Shown here piece after piece: positions 58,690 to 64,000 of a stretch of 64,000 bases of DNA. The DNA comes from a virus: positions 1 to 64,000 of IMG/VR virus record IMGVR_UViG_3300009503_000022, one strand, 5' to 3'. The translations under genes were made by a program, and so were the position numbers. A model generated the notes under the pieces. The model was given only the letters and a program-made list of their open reading frames with translations. It did not search any database and was not told the origin of the DNA. Positions within the stretch are counted from its first letter, which is position 1. Every line of letters begins with the position of its first letter.

Positions 58690-61600
58690 TTATGCTAAAA
58701 CTGTATATATATTATTAAAGTTAAAAACTACAGTAGTTGTATTTTTAGCATATCCTACAATTTGAACTACTTTACCAGAACCGCTTGGGGGAGTCTGCGT
58801 TAAACTTCCTGATGCTGACACATAAATTTTTCCACCTACTGTCCAATTCCAACTTGGATTACTTACTTCTCCAATAATTAAAGCATCACCAGTATTACCT
58901 ACTGCTAAATTTGTTAACATTATTCCACAAGCAGGCATTGTAGATTCTGAATTTGAATCGGCTTTACCATATTCGTCAGAATTAGTAGTTTTATAAATTA
59001 CATCATAAGTACTTAATCCACCTGTAGCAGCTTTAACCTTAATCGTAACATCACTTCTACCAGAACTACCTGTAATACAAATTACAGTTCCTGATTCTGG
59101 ACTTGCAAATGTTATAGTTAACTGATTAGTTGAATTATGTACTATTGAATTAGGTATTATAACAGCATTATTATTATCTATAACTTGAACTTGTGGATAA
59201 GCATTTAAATTATGATTAACTACTACAGTCGTTTGATTTGTAAATGATGTTTCTACTCTATTAGTCGAAGTTCCTACCATTACTCTAAATGTAACTTTTT
59301 CTCCAGCAATTCTACCAGTATTAAATGTTACTCTTGTTGAACTAGTTTCTACATAATCATCATTTACTCTTTTCAAAATACCATCACAAAATACTTGTAA
59401 ACTATTATCACCTTGTTGATAACTAAATGGTAAATCGAATACAGTTTGTCCTTCTGTTGCTATAAATGCTGCATATCTTGGTAAAACTCCTACTGTCCCT
59501 CCTGCTCCTCCACCACCAAGATTTAAAAACATACGAACATCTTTAATGTCATTTTCGTCTATTACTACTGTTCCCGTCTCTGTAATTGTAATTTCTGCTA
59601 ATACTTGTTTATTTGTAGGATAATTTTCTGGTAATGGTGAAGAATTTTCTGTTCCTGCTATCCTACTTAATACTCCTGCATCGTCAATACATAATAAATC
59701 AATTCTTGGATTTGTTGTAACAGGAGGAAATATAGGCGAATCTCCACCTGTAAATGTAACAGAACCAGTACCATCTGATTTAACAAATGTTCCCGGTCTA
59801 ACTGTAACTTTATTATCAGGAGTAGTTCTTGGAACTACTTTTAATTCATCAGTATTTCGTATATTAAGTCTTTTTAAATTAGACGAATCTGCACTACTTA
59901 TTAAACCATTAATATTTAAATTTCCTCCAACTATCAAATTATCGTCTGTTTTTAATGTATTTGCACTATCTCTATATAAATTAGTATCATTTTGCCAAAT
60001 AATTTTATTATTTCCTACAAACAAAAGATCTAAATCTACAAAATCTACTTCTCCAACTCCATTCTTTTTTCTAAAATAAGAATAACCATAAATATTTGCA
60101 TTACCATCATTTACTACTAATCCATTTTGAGCTATAATTTGACCATTTGCGATTATGTCATATTGAACTTCAAAATTATCATCTGTTTTTAATGTATCTG
60201 CAGCAGAACGATATAATTTAACATCAGCAGAAGAACCATAATAAATAGCTCCTTCTTCAAGATAAATATTAGCTCCATGCGTTGCAATTCCACTATCAGC
60301 ATTAATTATTCCTCCCATATAAAGAGAATTTAAATACATTCTTCCTGTCGATAAACCAGGAACACCATCTATTATATCTCTATATAAATTAACATCACTA
60401 CCAAATCTTAAAGGATATGTTACACTACTATCTTGTAACGTAACTAATCCTCTTATTGTAGTTGTATTTGTATTACCACTTCCTAATATACTATTACCAT
60501 TAACAGTTAATGTTAATCCAACTATTAAATTATCATCTGTCTTTAATGTATCGCTTCCATTACGATAAAGAATAATATCATCTGTTGAGCCAAAATATAT
60601 CGCAGCATTATCATTTTTTAAACGAATTATCCCAGTAGGGTTAACTATAACTTCTCCTGAAGAATATAAATTTCCATTAACATTTAAAGTATCATCTATT
60701 TTTAATACATTTGCACTTTCACGATATAAATCTACATCTGCTCCAAGTTTTAAAGTATGTGTTCCATCACTATCTATTAAAACAAGTGATCCTTTTATAG
60801 TTGTAGTATTTGAAATTGCATTCCCTAAAATTATAGTACCTGTAGCACTAAATATTGTATCATTTATAACTACATTTCCCCCTATAGATAATATATTTAA
60901 ACCATCTAACCAAATTTTAACACCAGGATTTCCTGAATAAAATAATTGAATTTCTCCATTATTTGTTAAATATAACTTAGTTGAACCCGCTACATCAAAA
61001 TACATATAATTATTAGTATGATTTATCCCTATTCTACCAATTGTAGCATTATCCGTATCTCCAAAATATAAATTAGAAAATCCTGAATTTCCTGCAATTA
61101 TACTAATAGAAGCTGATTTTCCAGAAGTTTCTGAATTATTTACTATAAAATCATCATCGGTTTTTAATATATTTTCTGCAAAACGATATAAATTAACATC
61201 GCTGTCAGTACCAAAATAAATAATACTATTATTTGATGCTAAATATAAATTATTTCCTATAACAAAAGAATCGTCTGTTTTTAAAACATTAACATTATTT
61301 CTATACAGATTAACATCATATAAATTCGAACCATCATACCACTCTATCTTACCATCATTTGTTATTCTCAATTTTATAGAATTTTCTGTTCCATTCCAAG
61401 TTCTAAAATAAGTATATCCTGTCGAACCAAATGTTATATAATTATCGTGATTACTACCATAATCAAATAAAATATCTCCATACGATCCAATATGCAAACT
61501 AGCAATCGGATTTACTTTTATACCAAGTTTACCATCTTTATCAAATACTAAAAATAAATTACTATTTTCGTCAATTATATTGATAATATTTCCAGTTTGA

Positions 61601-61830
61601 TTAGTAATTCTCTTTAAATTAAGCGTATTATCACCAATAATTTCAGATAAAATAGTGCTTTTAATAGATAATGTATTTGAAACATTACTTCCTAAAACTA
61701 AATTTCTCGCTAATTTAGAACTTACAACTGCATTATCTTGTATTTCAGAAGTCCCTACAGAATTAGATGCAAGATCAACATCTAATATTACATCTAACCC
61801 AATATCAGAACTTTGTATTTGAGTTAACAT
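58690..61830 (-). CDS. long tail fibre protein with repeated DVNLYR...LKTDD units
   Basis: Six full and one partial repeat; NPRIDL, ATEGQTVF, NHNLN.YP modules. Confidence 0.8.
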   Translation of the reverse strand: MLTQIQSSDIGLDVILDVDLASNSVGTSEIQDNAVVSSKLARNLVLGSNVSNTLSIKSTILSEIIGDNTLNLKRITNQTGNIINIIDENSNLFLVFDKDGKLGIKVNPIASLHIGSYGDILFDYGSNHDNYITFGSTGYTYFRTWNGTENSIKLRITNDGKIEWYDGSNLYDVNLYRNNVNVLKTDDSFVIGNNLYLASNNSIIYFGTDSDVNLYRFAENILKTDDDFIVNNSETSGKSASISIIAGNSGFSNLYFGDTDNATIGRIGINHTNNYMYFDVAGSTKLYLTNNGEIQLFYSGNPGVKIWLDGLNILSIGGNVVINDTIFSATGTIILGNAISNTTTIKGSLVLIDSDGTHTLKLGADVDLYRESANVLKIDDTLNVNGNLYSSGEVIVNPTGIIRLKNDNAAIYFGSTDDIILYRNGSDTLKTDDNLIVGLTLTVNGNSILGSGNTNTTTIRGLVTLQDSSVTYPLRFGSDVNLYRDIIDGVPGLSTGRMYLNSLYMGGIINADSGIATHGANIYLEEGAIYYGSSADVKLYRSAADTLKTDDNFEVQYDIIANGQIIAQNGLVVNDGNANIYGYSYFRKKNGVGEVDFVDLDLLFVGNNKIIWQNDTNLYRDSANTLKTDDNLIVGGNLNINGLISSADSSNLKRLNIRNTDELKVVPRTTPDNKVTVRPGTFVKSDGTGSVTFTGGDSPIFPPVTTNPRIDLLCIDDAGVLSRIAGTENSSPLPENYPTNKQVLAEITITETGTVVIDENDIKDVRMFLNLGGGGAGGTVGVLPRYAAFIATEGQTVFDLPFSYQQGDNSLQVFCDGILKRVNDDYVETSSTRVTFNTGRIAGEKVTFRVMVGTSTNRVETSFTNQTTVVVNHNLNAYPQVQVIDNNNAVIIPNSIVHNSTNQLTITFASPESGTVICITGSSGRSDVTIKVKAATGGLSTYDVIYKTTNSDEYGKADSNSESTMPACGIMLTNLAVGNTGDALIIGEVSNPSWNWTVGGKIYVSASGSLTQTPPSGSGKVVQIVGYAKNTTTVVFNFNNIYTVLA

Positions 61831-61855
61831 AAATTATTCCTCCAATTAATTTTTT

Positions 61856-62242
61856 TTATGCTCCATTATGTCTATATATTACAAAAAAAGACGTCGTATT
61901 CGTATTCGGTATATAATTCATCGTTAATACTTTTCCTGAAAGAGTATAATCATTATCGCTTCCTATTCTTCTAACTATACCATTATGAATTACCCATATA
62001 GGTCCAATAGGAGTATAACTTAAATTAAAAATATTAGTCGTTCCATTTACTAAAGAAGTTAAATCATCATAACCCCAAAATAATCCAATATTAGACATTA
62101 TAGCATCTAAAATTGTCTGAGTACTATCGTGCTTTAACCTTAAATTTTCACCAGTAATAGAATCAGTAACATGCGTTGAATCAATTGTATGAAATTTTAA
62201 AGAATTCTCTTTTATATCCTCTGACTGTATTTTTCTTGCCAT
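61856..62242 (-). CDS. putative tail/virion protein
   Basis: VNGTTNIFNL...HNGI...DYTLSG module. Confidence 0.6.
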   Translation of the reverse strand: MARKIQSEDIKENSLKFHTIDSTHVTDSITGENLRLKHDSTQTILDAIMSNIGLFWGYDDLTSLVNGTTNIFNLSYTPIGPIWVIHNGIVRRIGSDNDYTLSGKVLTMNYIPNTNTTSFFVIYRHNGA

Positions 62243-62254
62243 ATATATTACTCC

Positions 62255-62467
62255 TTATTCTTTATTTTGTGCTATAATACTTAACAATCTTGCAATATCA
62301 CCTAAAAAAATATTGTGTGCTTTTTGAACACACATTCCTTCTGATATAGTTTCACCTTTTTCATTTTTAGAATACAATACTACCCATAATGCACATTTTT
62401 CTTGAATACATTTTTTTCTAAATCCTAAAAAAGTTTTATCACATTTCAAATTCAATTTCTTTTCCAT
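62255..62467 (-). CDS. small Cys-rich protein
   Basis: C...CIQEKCALW...C. Confidence 0.55.
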   Translation of the reverse strand: MEKKLNLKCDKTFLGFRKKCIQEKCALWVVLYSKNEKGETISEGMCVQKAHNIFLGDIARLLSIIAQNKE

Positions 62468-62478
62468 ATTTCCTCCCC

Positions 62479-62670
62479 TTACTGATTTAATAACTGTCCA
62501 GATATAATAATACTTCCATTAAATTTCTTACCAATAGGAACATTTTTATCATATAATATTGTTCCCGAAGGAATAGTATCTGGATTTACTATTATCAAAA
62601 TTTTTGATCCAGATGATATATTTTCTAATATTAAACTTTCACTTGTAATTGTTGCTTCTATATCTGCCAT
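62479..62670 (-). CDS. small virion-module protein
   Basis: ORF with AGGAGG SD. Confidence 0.55.
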   Translation of the reverse strand: MADIEATITSESLILENISSGSKILIIVNPDTIPSGTILYDKNVPIGKKFNGSIIISGQLLNQ

Positions 62671-62685
62671 AATTTATCCTCCTTT

Positions 62686-63999
62686 TTAATATTTAATACA
62701 AACATATAACGTTAAAAATGGCGGAATATTAGATTCTGTACTTACTGTATGATTATGTGTTAAATTCTCACTATTAATTCCATGCTGGTGATTTACTGTA
62801 CCTGATATCGCTCCACTCGTTGTTCCAGAAAATGAATGAGTATGATGTTCTATCGCAAGATGAATATCTGTTCCTGTAGAATACCATCCTGAACGATTAT
62901 TAACATCACTAGTTTCTCCACTATAATAATGTGTATGATTTACATCGAAGAAATTAGTAGCACCACCATGCGAATGAGATCCTAATGCATTACCTGTTGT
63001 ATGCGAATGCGTTGCGCTTCCTCCTGTTAATCCTGGAGTATACGTAACTCCATCTTGCCCTATTATAAATCTTCCTTTTGCATTAGGTAAATATGCATTT
63101 GTATTTCCTGGTCCAATAAAAGGAGTTCCTAAACTTCTTAAATAAACTATTAAATCGTAATATTCTGGATTTGTAGTATAATCAATTAAACTCCCATCAC
63201 ATTCTAACCATCCTGATTTAATAGATAAAAATAATCCTATTTGTCCTACTACTCCACCAAAACTATCTCCTTCATAATATCTACCAAGTTGTAAATTATT
63301 TATCCCAATACTACCAAACTTTCTAAAATCTAATACTCCTTGAACTATAGGATCTGAATTAGGTATCTTAAATAAATATGACGGTGAACCTACCCATTCA
63401 GATGATCCTATTAAAAGAAAATTATTAGCTATAATAGTACTTAGAGATGTTGTATAATTTAAAACTCCACTAGAATCTAAATAAAAATAATAAATACCCG
63501 GAGTACTTCCAGATGTAAATATAAATTCTTGATAATCATCATTTGGCATTACATTTGCCGATATTATATTACTTCTTGTTATTCTATTACCTTTAACGTA
63601 TGCATATTCATCAGTAGCTAAATTATATATTCTTACTGTTTGAGCTCCAGAAAGCGTAATATATAATAAACTTAAAGTTGAATTTTTTCCAGCTGTTCCT
63701 GCTATAATATGATTTGAATGTTGTTCATTCCTATGACCAATCAAATCTTGTCCAGTATATCCTAAATCATAAATTGAAAGTCCATGTGGATTTTTATTCG
63801 TTATTAAATCAGGATTCCCGACTGCTTTTATATGATCTTCTAAACTATAACTTTTATTTTTAGAATACTCAACTGTAACATCAGTTAAATCAGTAGGATT
63901 TTTTACTTTTACTGCTAATGGAGAATGTTGATAATATTTTCTTATATGATTTACATCCTCATAAATAATATCATTTGATAATATAGGATTACCAATTCC
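62686..63999 (-). CDS. tail fibre with a tail-collar domain and His-repeat tip (5' end outside the window)
   Basis: Frame checked open to the window edge; GWLECDG...LPNAKGRFIIG, HSH/HTH repeats, NIPPF...IKY. Confidence 0.8.
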   Translation of the reverse strand, partial: GIGNPILSNDIIYEDVNHIRKYYQHSPLAVKVKNPTDLTDVTVEYSKNKSYSLEDHIKAVGNPDLITNKNPHGLSIYDLGYTGQDLIGHRNEQHSNHIIAGTAGKNSTLSLLYITLSGAQTVRIYNLATDEYAYVKGNRITRSNIISANVMPNDDYQEFIFTSGSTPGIYYFYLDSSGVLNYTTSLSTIIANNFLLIGSSEWVGSPSYLFKIPNSDPIVQGVLDFRKFGSIGINNLQLGRYYEGDSFGGVVGQIGLFLSIKSGWLECDGSLIDYTTNPEYYDLIVYLRSLGTPFIGPGNTNAYLPNAKGRFIIGQDGVTYTPGLTGGSATHSHTTGNALGSHSHGGATNFFDVNHTHYYSGETSDVNNRSGWYSTGTDIHLAIEHHTHSFSGTTSGAISGTVNHQHGINSENLTHNHTVSTESNIPPFLTLYVCIKY

Positions 64000-64000
64000 A

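Noticed and set aside
53940-63999. Diversity-generating retroelement
   Set aside because: No reverse transcriptase and no adenine-mismatched TR/VR pair seen in the window
1-64000. Stop-codon reassignment
   Set aside because: Long conserved genes are intact in code 11, and TAA, TAG and TGA all end genes at sensible positions
1-64000. tRNA or rRNA genes
   Set aside because: No cloverleaf/TTCGA-type or rRNA-like GC-rich segment noticed by eye; tRNAscan was not run

Overview
Segment of a very AT-rich, large tailed bacteriophage genome (or prophage/MGE contig) using genetic code 11, with essentially all genes on the minus strand. In transcription order (64000 to 1) it has: (i) a tail-fibre/receptor-binding and decoration module; (ii) lysis-like genes; (iii) a ~1.1 kb mostly non-coding control region with a ~101-bp tandem repeat array, short iteron-like repeats and an IS605-like end; (iv) replication genes (HD protein, 5'-3' exonuclease, SF2 helicase, DnaC-like loader, DnaB, DnaG) and a sigma factor; (v) a nucleotide-metabolism/probable DNA-modification cluster (FAD oxidoreductase, dUTPase/MazG-HAD fusion, dNMP kinase, minimal ThyA-fold enzyme, SAM methyltransferase, UDG-fused intein-bearing DnaE, divergent intein-bearing ThyX, dCMP deaminase); (vi) recombination genes (SSB-like, RecA, split SbcC/Rad50 with SbcD, RuvC-like); (vii) a regulatory cluster (J-domain protein, histone-fold protein, terminator, NusG paralog, sigma-r4 protein) ahead of a terminase large subunit broken into two genes by an atypical split intein carrying a TnsA-type endonuclease; (viii) accessory genes (phosphoesterase, orphan type III Mod, RNase HII, second MTase, many small ORFs); (ix) a heptad-repeat ORF running off the window edge. 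All calls come from reading motifs by eye; no database searches were run. The strongest candidates for new biology are the pyrimidine-modification cluster, the split non-canonical terminase intein and the phage histone/NusG switch.
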